Source: Raillietiella orientalis
Lineage: Eukaryota
Assembly (NCBI GenBank): GCA_036172245.1
Contig: JAYWIR010000026.1
Location: forward strand, 2,604,001-2,668,000
Length of the DNA stretch: 64,000 nt
Direction of reading: 5' to 3'
Below are positions 12,261 through 24,449 of the stretch, one piece after another. The translations under genes were made by a program, and so were the position numbers. The first letter of the stretch is position 1. Each line of letters opens with the position of its first letter. The notes beneath the pieces are model-generated. The model was not told where the DNA came from, did no database searches, and saw only the letters and a list, made by a program, of their open reading frames with translations.

Positions 12261-12524
12261 CCGTCGACACCATGCCGATTTGTCACCGTGACCTTGTTCA
12301 ACGTGAGCATTTTTTCCAACGAGAAGGTGTCGATTGGCAAAAATGGGCAAAATCTTCCGCCCATCGACATCCAGACGATCGTCGGTCCAAGAACCACCGG
12401 TCTCACCGTGGTTTCCAACAAAGATAAAGCCATAATTTTGTTCTACTACACGGATGACAACGCGCGAGGAATACAGGGAAGGTTCAACGTGAAGTATTCC
12501 TGCGGGAGACGAGGTTCTTTATAA
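12261..12524 (+). CDS. CUB-domain cassette A, terminal exon
   Basis: tttgcag| phase-0 acceptor; PSTPCRFVTVTLFNV...VVSNKDKAIILFYYTDDNARGIQGRFNVKYSC is the CUB C-half; stop at 12524. Confidence 0.85.
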   Translation, partial: PSTPCRFVTVTLFNVSIFSNEKVSIGKNGQNLPPIDIQTIVGPRTTGLTVVSNKDKAIILFYYTDDNARGIQGRFNVKYSCGRRGSL

Positions 12525-12599
12525 GGATTGAGCTCAATATACAGCTTGAGCATTAAATTATAAGGTGATACGGGGTCGATGCTTCAGTATACTTCTCTA

Positions 12600-13250
12600 G
12601 CATTTTCGTGGAGGGTAGCATTGCTTACGTCAAGTGGCTATGGAGAGATGAGACAGGAAAGGGACTTTCGTGATCTTTGTTCGCTCCACGGATATTTTGA
12701 GGAAGGCGCCAGGGGACACCCATGGGTCCCCACCTCATGGGGTGATTCGTCATACGTTCGCATGGCACTTTGCGGAGAGGAAAGGTGGACTGTAGGACTG
12801 AGACCAACGATGGAGTCTCCAGCCCATTTCCTTCGGCTTCCACGGATGAAGCAGCCATCCAAACGTTGCTCCTGTTTTCCAAGGTGGCCAGCCTCTGCAT
12901 CACATGGCCTGCTAGCATTGCTCTTTCTCACTGGTAGTAGGAGACCAGTCCACATCTCCAGTTGCCATCGTTGTGGATATCCGGCAACAGCATTGTCCTT
13001 CCTAGGAATCCGTTCGTAGAGACTGTTGCATTTGTTCTTTCGCCGGTGATCTGTGCAGCAGACCCTCTGGTTAGGAGACGATGGCTTCCTGAAAAAGTAA
13101 GGCAGAAAAGGAAATGACCGGGATGCATAGGAGGTTGATGGACGGCTTGAAACGACGTCCCAGTGGTCTTTGTCCGCACTTTGCTTTCCTTCATTTTGAT
13201 TCCCCAACCTCATTTCGCTCCGTAACTTTCATGGTGCTTTTGGTTTTCAT
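12600..13250 (-). pseudogene. Decayed RT fragment (domains 1-4); paralogues at ~23150-23780 and 35790-36420
   Basis: SSRPS(T/I)S (RPIS-like), TNGFLGRT (QxGFxxGR-like), LENRSNVW (AFDxVW-like), GTHGCPLAP (QGCPLSP-like). Confidence 0.6.
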
Positions 13251-13711
13251 CCCGGTGCACACGGAGGAAAACCAAAGAACTTGGTCTCATTTCACACGGT
13301 TGGTTTGTCTTGGTTTTCCCCTTTCCAAACTTTCTCTTGTGGCGACCTTCGTTCCGGTGGACCCTCTATTTTATTTTTTGTAGTTGTCGGTCAGGAACTT
13401 TTTTCCCAGCTGGCTTTTGTTTTAAAATTGTGGAACACTTCATCTTTGTGCGAGATGGCTCAACAAGAACCATCTTCCCACAAGGCGAACTGGTGAAGAG
13501 CGACCAATGGAATTTAATATTGTATGGAGCATGAAGGATGTCCCAATGGCGTTCTTTACCTTCAGCTGAAAGAAAGATAAAGGCATATAATTTCGGGTTC
13601 CTCTGGTGCGGGGACCATGAACATACTTCTTCCTTGTCGACTGCAGTCGGGCTTGTCGTAGCTGTTGCAGATGAGAAGAGCATCTGACACCCTCAGGGTC
13701 CCGCAAAACAG

Positions 13712-14605
13712 GGGATCTTTTTTTTTTTTTTTTTTCGGGTTTTCTTTGTTTTGGCTCGTGAAATGAACCTCAAGAACCGGTCGCGTGACTCTCGGCGCAC
13801 GTGGTCTTTTTGAACACACTGTTTTGTTGCCACGCCTCTCTGCCTGAGAAAAGGAGGCGATGCTTTTCTTCAGGATAGGGCATCCCAGAAGGGGCTATGA
13901 TACGAATCCAGGAACGGTTCGGAGTCCGTTCCTCTCACGCTTGGGGTGGAATCCCTTGGAGCATCGCACCTCCTACCCTGGTTGTCTCCTTCCTCATTCT
14001 CTCCGGAGGGACCTCTACATTTCAACTTCTCTTATTTCAGCTTCTCCGGAGGTAACCCGCAAGGGAACCACTCCTGTTAACTCCTCTGAAGAGAAAACCG
14101 AAGGGACGCTTCCGAAACGCAGAAGGGTCGCAGCAGCTTCCCGCAGGGAACCGCATTCCCTTGCTTCCTTATGCACTCTGTGAAGAAGCGACGACTGGGA
14201 GGGGACCCCCACTGAGAAGGGTCCGCTCCATCAAACAACTAGGAGAGGTGCCAGCAAGGGCTCCTGCTATATGTTGAAACCGAAAGGGCACCCCCCCTAA
14301 AGGGGTCCGTTCTCCGTTGTACAATCGGAGGAGGAACTCTCCACTCCTTGGATTCCTGGAAGGACCAGAAGGACGACTCCCATTGGTCCCGCCTTCACCA
14401 TGGTCTTCCGGCTTAAATGACCACCGGTGCAACGCCCGGTGGTCGTTTCATGTCATCGGAAAACCAGCGCCATTGCAGAAGAAACTCGGAACCCGAAGAC
14501 GCAGTGCCGTCAGTTTCTGACAGAGTATTCGATACCACGACGCATGGTGCCACGCACGGAAACCTTAACCAAAAAGCCTCCGAGGCGAAACAGGGAAGCG
14601 TATCT
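13712..14605 (-). repeat. Interspersed repeat copy 2 (inverted), inserted in duplication unit A
   Basis: Reverse-complement match to 6230-7190 with T-tract at ~13718-13735; absent at the paralogous site ~24262-24280. Confidence 0.85.
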
Positions 14606-17600
14606 CTAGAGAGAAGCGACATGCAACATATTGAGCTTCTTTTATACTGCCTGATGTTCCCCTACATGAACTTATTCGTCTGCGGTGTCGAGCTGCCTGT
14701 CCCCGGGAAGAATGGGCACAGATTCCGGAAATAGCCAAACCTGAGAAAGGTGGTGTGGACTAAAGACTGGTACCACAGGTCCCAATTCTTCACCGGTTTA
14801 CGAATCATTTCCTAAATATTCGTGAAATACTAAAGAAGGCGCCATGGAATGAGGGTTCTCTGCCTCCTCATCCGTGCGAGGCGGGCAGTAACGAAAAAGA
14901 GATTTATGCTGGTAAGCAGTGGATAGTGGTGAAAGGCGCGGTCGAATCATCGTCGCGTGATCGCTGTGAGGCAGCAAGGAGCTTCCCGGAATGTGTGATT
15001 CGTGCTTCTCCACAAAGCACGCTGCTGTCTCTGTTCCCTTCGCTCCGCAAATGAACTGCGAGGGATCAGAAGATCGCCTTCCGAAGTCCGCGCTGCTTCT
15101 TGTCATTCGGGTAGCCAACGGAAGGAGGTGCAATGGAACGCTGAGGACATGGAGGGAGCGACACAGGGGTGAGACACTCATAATTACGCGTTCGTAAGGA
15201 ATTGGGGGAGGTGGTGCTCGAAGCTAATACGTAAGCAATGTTGGCGCTGTAGTCCGCGCAATAGGGAGATGTTCGCTTTCGAGGGAAAAGAGCACCGCTC
15301 CTGGATGGTGTGTCGTCGAGCATGTCAGAGAGCTTCCGGCACTCTTGGCCTCCTCGCAAGCGGAGGCACTCGAACTGATCCCTCTCCGTCTGTTCGCAGC
15401 CGTGCATGGGAGAATCCTCTGCCGCCGAGGGATCTGGACCGGTGGGGCGGGTGAATCTCAGCTAGTTATGCGGATCTCTGGACGTTCCACTCTCCGTGGG
15501 TGTGTCCCGCGTGTCCAATGCTCCACTCCATTCTTCACGGAATCGCTGCACATCATGAGAGGATAGGAACTTAGTTTGCTGCTGTTACGCTAAGATGACG
15601 TCGATGAGACGGACCCGAGCTAAAACGCGCTACCTACGAAAACCAAAAACAACAAGGAGGAAAGGTGAAGACGTATTTCCGAGATGGCAAAGTTTTAAAG
15701 AAACAGAGGACTCCATCCCTGGAGAGCATTCCAAGGAGTGCAAAACAGAACTTCGAGCGGCGGTCTCCAAAGATATAATCACAATTCCTTATTGAGAACT
15801 CCGCAGAAGGTAGCCATCCATTAAAAGACTTCGATGTTCTTCCAGATGAGGCCGGTAAAGGCGTCAAAGGTCGTGAAAGGGGGCACGTGGTAGCTTTCAG
15901 TGACATCCAAGTACAGCTAGAGTGCCTTTCGCCTTAGAAGCAGTTAATTGTCGGACTGCAGCCAACGGTAACAACTCGAGGAGGAAATAAAATGTTCCAA
16001 AAGTTATCGCTTGGCAAATGATCCGTCCACTTGTGGTTTGTAGATAATCGCAAATGCCCCTCCTCCCGCTGCAATGCCAAGGGCCATCTCAAGAGAACGT
16101 GGTGGAGCACAGTGCCTATGTGGTGTTCGTTAGGACGCACAAATTGAGTGCGCCTCCAAGGGAACCCCACACCGTCATGCTGTTGAAGCAAGCAAAAAGA
16201 AACAAAAATGATCTTGGAATATCTACCAAGCTGTGAGGGAACACCGAACCATGCACGCATTCCTGCTCAAGGAGCATTGGAGCTTCCGAACACCCGGTCA
16301 AGCACAAAGAACACCCCTGAAAACGTTGCAGTTGAGCTCACTTGCGCCAAGTGCTGAGCGCCTATTTGGCGGTAACCCAAATGTGTGCGCCAAAGATTCC
16401 TTCTCAGTTATAGCGTTGTGCATGACCTGGTCAATTGATCGTGCATTCACTCTGTCTGTATATAGATCCATTCAAGCAAGAAGTAGAAGATCCGGGAAAT
16501 GTTCCTTTCCTGAGAAAGGAACACCCAGGAAGAAATAGGAGAACTGCGGACCATGCGACGGTAAATAGAAGACGGCATTTGCTGGGACTTTGAAAATAGA
16601 AAGGGATATCATCAGAGTTGGGAGTGGTCCGATGTTGCCAACAGCTATTCATCGAAGGTTCCTGCTTGCACCTCGATATATTCCATCCTGTGGAAGCAGC
16701 ATTCGCGAAGGAGTGGGCTGCCACCTGAATCTTGGCGTCCCTACTTGAAAGGAAATTCTCACTGTCGGGATGCTTCACAATTCGCTCAGAGAGTATCAAA
16801 TTTTCAGTTCCATGCCGCGGAAACTCTCCTGAAAATTTCCGTATGTCTGTCTCTATTCGCACCCTCTGCCCACCTACAGGAGGCTGCTCAAACGTTGCCG
16901 CGCAGCATCGAGGGAGACGTTCATCCATGTGGGAGAAACATACAGTCAGTTAGCCGAAATGCGTTTCCTCTTGCATTTGCGGAACACCTCCGACTGTATT
17001 TCGCAAAGGTCCTTCCGATAGTTCCGTGCCTCTTCTTACCCTTCTTCTGGTTCTTTCTGGTAAAGCTAACACGCAATTTGCAAGTGTTCAATTTTGAGAA
17101 GCAGTCGACTTCTTTCATTCACTAACGAGCAATTTCGCTTTCTACGGCAATACAATCCTTCGATCTTCCTTTTTTAATGCTTGCCGTGGTGTATTGAAAA
17201 GTATATATTCCGTGAAACGATTATTTCTTGGGGTTTTCATTTTCGTGTTCGAAGCTGTGCGTTGCAAAAGGCATCCAACACAAAAGTCCCACCGCCAACT
17301 GCCGGCGTTCCATGCAAACGAGGAAGCTCACTCGGTGGGGCAGGCGGACTGCCCAAAGCCCAGATGTCGGGCAGCGCATGTCCTCGTGTAACGGAGATGC
17401 TATTCCCTACCTTCGGCACCCCACTAAGAGACCTACGCTTGCCGTGCTTACTCAGAGACAACACGCCATCGTTTGGAGAGGACGGCGTCAGCAGCATAGC
17501 TGAACGACAAGAGAAAGAGTGTTTCCATGGAAGTGCTAACGCAGAAGGGGAAGAGATGCAGACACTGCTTTGTATTTCTGCAGGGGTCACCTTTTGTCTG

Positions 17601-20600
17601 TTTTGCCTTCTCCAGATCCCCCGTTCTTTGCCTTCTCCCTCCTTCATCCCGAACTGCTGTTTCAACAGCAATTCCTCTTCTCCTTCTCTGCTTCTTCAGG
17701 ACTTTTCTTGATTTCTCCTTTTTTGAACTTCTTCCTTCTCTTTCGTTCCCTTTCTCACGCTCACCCATGTCCTGTCCTCGTCACGCGTTTCCTTATCAAC
17801 CACATTGAAAATCTCCGGCGCTTCTTGAACCTCTGCCCTTGCGAATGTCCCACAGGATTCCCCGTGGTAGCTTTTCCTGTTGCTCATCTTCCTAGCTGTG
17901 CACTAATACTCTTTCACCCTGGAATCCCTTCTTCCTCTCAATCATCGTGTAGCGTTATGTATTCCACTCTTCATTCCAATCGACATCCTCCATTCAATCA
18001 TTTCGAGCAGCTGCTGAACCAATGATTCCTTGCTCTTTGATGCCCACAATCCTTTTATTCTTGCAACTCCTATTCCGTAAGAAGAAAAGAGCGACAGATG
18101 GCCGGAAGACGCAGTTGGTATGAGGAAGGCGTTCGACCATCTCAACCAAAAATTCCATCAGAAGATCCAGCAGGTTCCCTTCCTCCGAAGCATTTGCAAG
18201 GACGTCGATCTTTGGCTGGTGCACGCTTTTTGAAAGTTTGCCTCCATCTCTCTCATCGAGCGCCCCGCATCCGAGTGAAGCGAAATACTGCAAAGAAGGC
18301 CACGCGCCTCCATGGCCTTCAGGGTTTTATGGAGTTGGTAAAGTGTCAGATGGGACCATTTGGCGAGCCCCCACTGCAACACGACCGCCGCGGTGGACTC
18401 CGTTAACGACTCGCTTCTCATGCTGCTTGAGATGACCGTTGTGCCTTCCCTCTTGACATTCCACAGTTGATGTCCCTCAGAGTAAAAGAGCTCGCAGACA
18501 AAAGCAAATCCAAGCGCTGCCATCGGCAATCCCCGTCAACTCTGTGGTCAGCGCAGGTTTTTCGGCAGAAAGTGTCTGCGCGGCTTTCCTACCAGAATTT
18601 TGTCGTGTGGGCGGAAAAACTGCAGCAAGGGGAATCTTCAGTGTTTCTTCCATGAAGGTTAATGCAACCTTCTGAATCTACGAGGTGAAGGTGGGTCGTA
18701 CATTTCCAGGGATGATTGCCACGGACAGGTTCCGAGTACAGTCGGAGACTTTGTCGTCGCTGAAGGTTTGGCTTCGCGCCGTGCCTGTACGCCAGAGGCT
18801 GTTTTCCTGTGAAAAGAGACGTTGATCAGGACGCCGAGCTGCAATCTGTCCAGGAAGCCCACGCCTCCTGGAGCTCGAGAAGAATGTCCTTCTCGACCCA
18901 ATGCGTGGCTTGATGAGGGCTGAATGATGACCTGAAGGACCGGCGCTCGCCCTAGACATCCACCACGCGATTAAAGAAACGCCAATATTCCGTCTCTCGA
19001 GTTCAACACCTGAGTGCGCCTGAAACCACAAGCAGCCGAAGAAAAGTTGCTCCTCCGCACTGCAAAGAGTACAGCAATGGCACGCACCGAATTGAGAATG
19101 ATTGGTGCCATCATTCGGGGTCGTTCATTTCACAGTTTCCCTAGGTTCTAGGAATGAACGTTTGACACGGTGATCAAACGCGTGCTGTCCACATTTCCGT
19201 GGGTGTCCTTCGATAGAGAAGACACGCACCCCAGATGATAGGAAAGAGAAGGGCGCGTCACGTGTTTTAAGGATCAGAGAAGCGATGGTCAGCACAGAAA
19301 TGTACACTCTGCCACGAAGCATTTACGAAATTCCGCGTGCGGTGCTTCAGGATTTCTTGAATTCCCCACAGGAAAGACGTTGTGGACGATGCGGGGCTGC
19401 GATATCGTTTTCCGATACGTGGGACCCCCAAGGATGCCAACCAAAAACAGGGCTTTCCGACTTGCAGAGCTTGGAGGGCGTGCGTCGAACCGTTCCCAAT
19501 ATGGCTGCCTCCATGCGTCCACCGGAAAAAGGCCAGAAAGGAACGGAGAGCGCGCGCGCGCAGGATGGGCGCGAGAAGGGAACGAAAATCGCTCTCCCCT
19601 GCTGATGCTGGCCGTGAAGATCTCCTTCTTCCCTGCATTGCTGGTTGGCATGGGCGCTTCATCACATCAGCAGTCTTCACGGAAGGGCGCAAAAAGAGGA
19701 GCAGTGAGGGCCGTCTTTTCCGCGGAGCCGGTCTTCTGCAGGAATGCACAGAGGTGATTTCTATTGGCAGCTCGAGGAGACTCGCAAAACCCTGCACAAC
19801 GGATGCCCGCGGAGAGGTCTGAGGCACTGGAAGGGAGGATGACGTAAAGCCTCATTCAATGGACGCAAAGCAATGACGGTGGTTAGTCGTCCTGCTGGCC
19901 GGGAACTTGATTACATTGAGGACGCTTGGCGGATTGAACGCCGCAACTGGAAGATTTGTGAAGTGGGTGGCCCTGTTAAGCCGGAGCTGCTGTTCGGAAA
20001 CACGAAGAAGTCTTCGGCGGAAGAAACGCAGCGGTTGCCTGCTGAAGAGAGGCCGTAACGCGAAACGAACGCGTTCGGCGTGACGTTTGCAAATATGGAA
20101 TTTTGCTCGCAACGTAAGACTTGACATGACGTCTGATTCAATTCTAAAAAAAGATGTTATTCGTACGAGTAAGGAGGGCAAAGGTTCATCAGAGCACTTG
20201 GAATGCCAACACGCAAGGTAGACAGGTGATCTTCTGCAGTAAGTGTGCACATCCCGAAGAGGCGGGAAATCTTTGATTGCCACGTCTGCAGAAGACGCTG
20301 CCTGGCGAAATAATCCCCAAAAGGACGGTTTGCGTAGGTGTGTCGCCCCCTAACGGCTGTCCCACACGCTATCCACGTTTCGAAAATATTTATAAATTTC
20401 GGCAACGTTTTCGTTTTCAGCTCTGAAGAGGAAGTCAGTTGTCCTCTGTGCATTCCATGGAACTTGGTGCAGTGTGGATTGGCGGCGAGATGGTCCTCTC
20501 GGCGCAGCGGTGGATTCTCGGATTCCTTCCACTCTTGTATTTGGTATCTGCGATTTCAATGATTTTGATGATTGGCACTGAAATTCACGATGTCACGCCT

Positions 20601-21657
20601 GGGATTTTCCGATTCCGCCTTCGATCGTGTTGGCGGTGACTGCTTCCCGGGTCGGCTCTCCGATGAGTTGACGCGTAAAAGGGATATGGTCCACTGTTTC
20701 GCAGCATCGGTTTCACTAGAGCTATGAGATTGCAGATTAAAGCTGCTGATAGAGCTTCGCAACAGCTGGCTCCATTTTTTTTTTCTGTCGTGACTCGAAG
20801 AGAAGCGCGAAAACCCAGAACAACGGAGAATCTCCTTCGCTAGAGCCCCGTCTTCGAGTTTTCTCTCTTCCCCAATGGATGCAGCGAGAAGAAGTGGCTG
20901 CCACATCAGGTTTTCACGGAGCTGCAGGCATCTTCAAGAGAGCAACCCGTGGAACGAACCGTGCGACACTCTTATCTCAGTCGACCTAGGAGGCGTGGCT
21001 GCCTTTGCATGCGTCGTGGAGGCATACGAGACACGCCGCTTCGTTACTCCCTCAGGGAATGGCGATTCTGGTGACTCTTTGTACCATTCCAGAACAGCAA
21101 AGGTGTTAGTGATTCCACCTGTTGAGGACGCGAGCGAATGCTTGTCTCGGTTAGCAGCTTTGACTGCGATTTCGTTGCTGCACACCTCGCCTAACGCCAG
21201 GCGATCCTCCCAGAGAAAGGAAGAGCGAGCTCCTTTCGGAGGAACGTCCACTCAACCCATCCTCGATTGGTGAGAAACCCAAAGCCTCGTCAGCATGGTT
21301 TGAGTGAGCCTTGTTCGTACTCCGCGGAGAGCCACGTTTGTGGGATCGGAAAGCGATTCTCCACTTGTAGATCGGAAGGGCTCCTTTCCGCCCACCGAGC
21401 TGCGACGTTCGCAGGAAACCGAATGAAGGAGCGTTTTGTATTGCTTTTGCAAAACGATGCGCTGTGAGATCCGTTGTTATAGCACGGAGCCACTTACTTG
21501 CTGAGGACGCACTCAAACCGTTGGCGGTACATAATCACTCCGTTTGCAGTATAACCTGCAGGCAATGAAGATTTCTCCACGCAAAGTAGTTGATGTAGAA
21601 TTGCTTCGACGCAACCGGGGTGGAAGACGGGTGGGTTCACCTCTTCACTATCTGCAG

Positions 21658-21914
21658 GCAAAGTCTTCCAGTGTCGAGCCGACCAGGTTGTACCAGACCA
21701 GCGAACTGCCGATTTCGTGCGAGGCGACCAAAACTCTGCGCGCTTTATCGTGCCTGGCCAGACCATTTTCCAAGATCGCTTCATCGTCCAGACTCTTACT
21801 GGAGGCTGCACTCTGAGCGCTAAAGTGAAAGATAGCGTCGACACTGTTGTTTTCGCTACTCCCAACTTTCCAAAGAACTTTCCAGCGTACACAACTTGCA
21901 CTTTGGGTCTTCTG
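21658..21914 (+). CDS. CUB-domain cassette B, 5' exon (alternative acceptor at 21792)
   Basis: tctgcag| ... GCTLSAK...TPNFPKNFPAYTTCTLGLL |gtaag; 257 nt as in the other copies. Confidence 0.8.
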
Positions 21915-22799
21915 GTAAGCAGCGGAGTTTGTGGTAGGGACGATCCACAACTTCCATTTAGCCAAACGACATGCGGAAATCACCGGAGAACGTCTTTGGG
22001 AGGTTTGATACCCGCTTCGCACTGGGAGAAGGAGGCATTCTGACTTTTGAGGACATCTTGCGCAGGAGAGAGTAAGATCCGTGTGTACCCATTCCTCGCT
22101 GCTGCCTGCACGCTGCGTCCTGCTGGACCGCCTGCAACGCGATGGCACGCATGTCAATTGTGCGCCAAGGCCGCTCAACGGAGACCTTTTCAGAGTCCGG
22201 GTTCAAAAAGATTTGCCGACGTTTCCGTACGTGGAGCTGTTCCTACCCACGACGATCACCTTCCAGGGTGCTGCACCCGCGCGTGGCTTCCAGCTCACCA
22301 TGTGCAAGGTGCCCAACGCCTTCCAGGTTTCGTCGAAAGAATTTTTTGAGACGAAAACGATCAACCCCGTCCTCGTAGAAGAACTGGCGTTTCCACAGAA
22401 AATGCTTTCCTTGCTCGTACGGGTACGTGGTGAGCGCATTCGCTGAACCGAATTGTGGTCACTTCGCTGGGTGTCCCTCGGGCGGAGATCCGCGGGCCCG
22501 CTGGAGAGAAGCTTCCGGTGGGCGCCTCCCCGCACCGTCGCGGTCATTTAAACTTCTGCTGACGGACAGCCGAGAGGTGGTTCGCGCGCCTTGGGTTTCC
22601 AGCAACGAGTTCTCGCGTCGGCTCTTCTTTCGGCAAGAACCTCGTTGGTTGGGAAGTGCGTTCGTTGCTTCGCGCCTGGGTGCTGAAACTCGCTCTACGA
22701 GTTAATAGCGTCCGGTGGGCGGCGGTGTGGCCCTTCTGCGATGCATTTCCATCTTCCGACTTAAACGACAGAGTGAGGGGCAATCACTTCTCTTTGTAG

Positions 22800-23051
22800 A
22801 AGTCGAGTACATGCCGATTTGTCACCGTCACCTTGTTCAACGTAAACATTAATTCCCACGAGAAGGTATCCATCGGCAAAAATGGGCAGAATCTTCCGCC
22901 CAGGGACATATTGACCATCCCCGGTCCAAGCAAGGACGACGTCACCGTGGTTTCCAATCAAGATAAAGACATAATCTTGTTCTACTACACGGATAACAAC
23001 GTGCGAGGAATAGAAGGAGGTTTCATATTGCGGTACTCCTGCAGCAGCTGA
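22800..23051 (+). CDS. CUB-domain cassette B, terminal exon
   Basis: tctttgtag|; KSSTCRFV...FYYTDNNVRGIEGGFILRYSCSS*; AATAAA at ~23075. Confidence 0.85.
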   Translation, partial: KSSTCRFVTVTLFNVNINSHEKVSIGKNGQNLPPRDILTIPGPSKDDVTVVSNQDKDIILFYYTDNNVRGIEGGFILRYSCSS

Positions 23052-24449
23052 GGTCAATCTTGAAGATAGATCACAATAAAAAGCTCCACCCTTTTATAAT
23101 AGGCCTATGCGGGGTTAAAGGTTCAGTAGGCTATGTAGAATTTTTGTGTAGGGAATCATCGCTTACATCCAGTGGCTATGGAGAGATGAGACAGGAAGGT
23201 GACTTTCGTGATCCTTTTTCGCTCCACGGAAAGTTTCAGGAAGGCGCCAGGGTACACCCCTAGGGCCACACCTCATGGAGTAATTCATGATACTTCCAAC
23301 TAGCACTTCTCACGGAAAAAGGCAGGTTTGTAGGACTGAGACCACCGATGGAGACTCCAGCCCATTTGTTTCGGCATCCATGGATGAAGCAGCCATCCTA
23401 ACGTTGCTCCTGTTTTCCAAGGTGGCCAGCCTCTGCATCACATGGCCTGCTAGCGTTGCTCTTTCTCACTGGTAGTAGGAGACCAGTCCACATCTCCAGT
23501 TGCCATCGTTGTGGATATCCGGCAACAGCATTGTCCTTCCTAGGAATCCGTTCGTAGAGACTGTTGCATTTGTTCTTTCGCCGGTGATCTGTGCAGCAGA
23601 CCCTCTGGTTAGGAGATGATGGCTTCCTGAAAAAGTAAGGCAAAAAAGGAGATGACCGGGATGCATAGGAGATTGATGGACGGCTTGAAACGACGTTCCA
23701 GTGGTCTTTGTCCGCACTTTGCTTTCCTTCATTTTGATTCCTCACCCTCATTTCGCTTCGTAACTTCCATGGTGCTTTTGGTTTTCATCCCGGTGAACAC
23801 GGAGGAAAACCAAAGAACTTGGTCTCATTCCACACGGTTGGTTTGTCTTGGTTTTCCCCGTTCCAAACTTTCTCTTGTGACGACCTGCGTTCCGGTGGAC
23901 CCTTTAATTCATTTCTTATAGTTGTCGGTCAGAAACTTCGTTCCCAACTGTTTTTTTCCCCTGAAATAATCGTCCCGGCGTGTAAAACTTCTTCACTGTG
24001 TGAGACATCAACTGGAGAACAATTTTCCCACAAGGAGAACAGGTGGAGAGATTCCATTGGAATTTAATACTGTATGGAGCATGAGTATGATGAATGCCCC
24101 AATGGCGCTCTTCACTTTCAACTGAAAGGGAGATGAAGGCATCGAAGTTCGCGTTCCTTTGGTGCGGGGACCAAGAACATCTTTCTTGTCGACTGCAGTT
24201 GGAATTGTCGTAGCTGTTGTAAATGAGACGAACGACTGATACCCGCAGGGTCGCGCAAAACGACATCAGACCACCTATGGAGAGAGGAGACACGCAGCAT
24301 ATTGGGCTTCTTTTCTACTGCCTGATGTTCCCCTACATGGACTTAATCGTCTGCGGTGTCGCGGTGCCGATCCTCGGGAGCAGTCGGCACAGTTTGCGGA
24401 AATAGCCAAACCTGAGAAAAGTGGTGTGGTCTGAAGACTGGTAACGCAG

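Larger units (their letters stand above)
7520..18075 (+). repeat. Tandem segmental duplication unit A
   Basis: Same ordered blocks as units B-E: decayed RT(+), decayed APE/RT(-), CUB cassette, RT(-), long ORF2 remnant(-). Confidence 0.9.
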
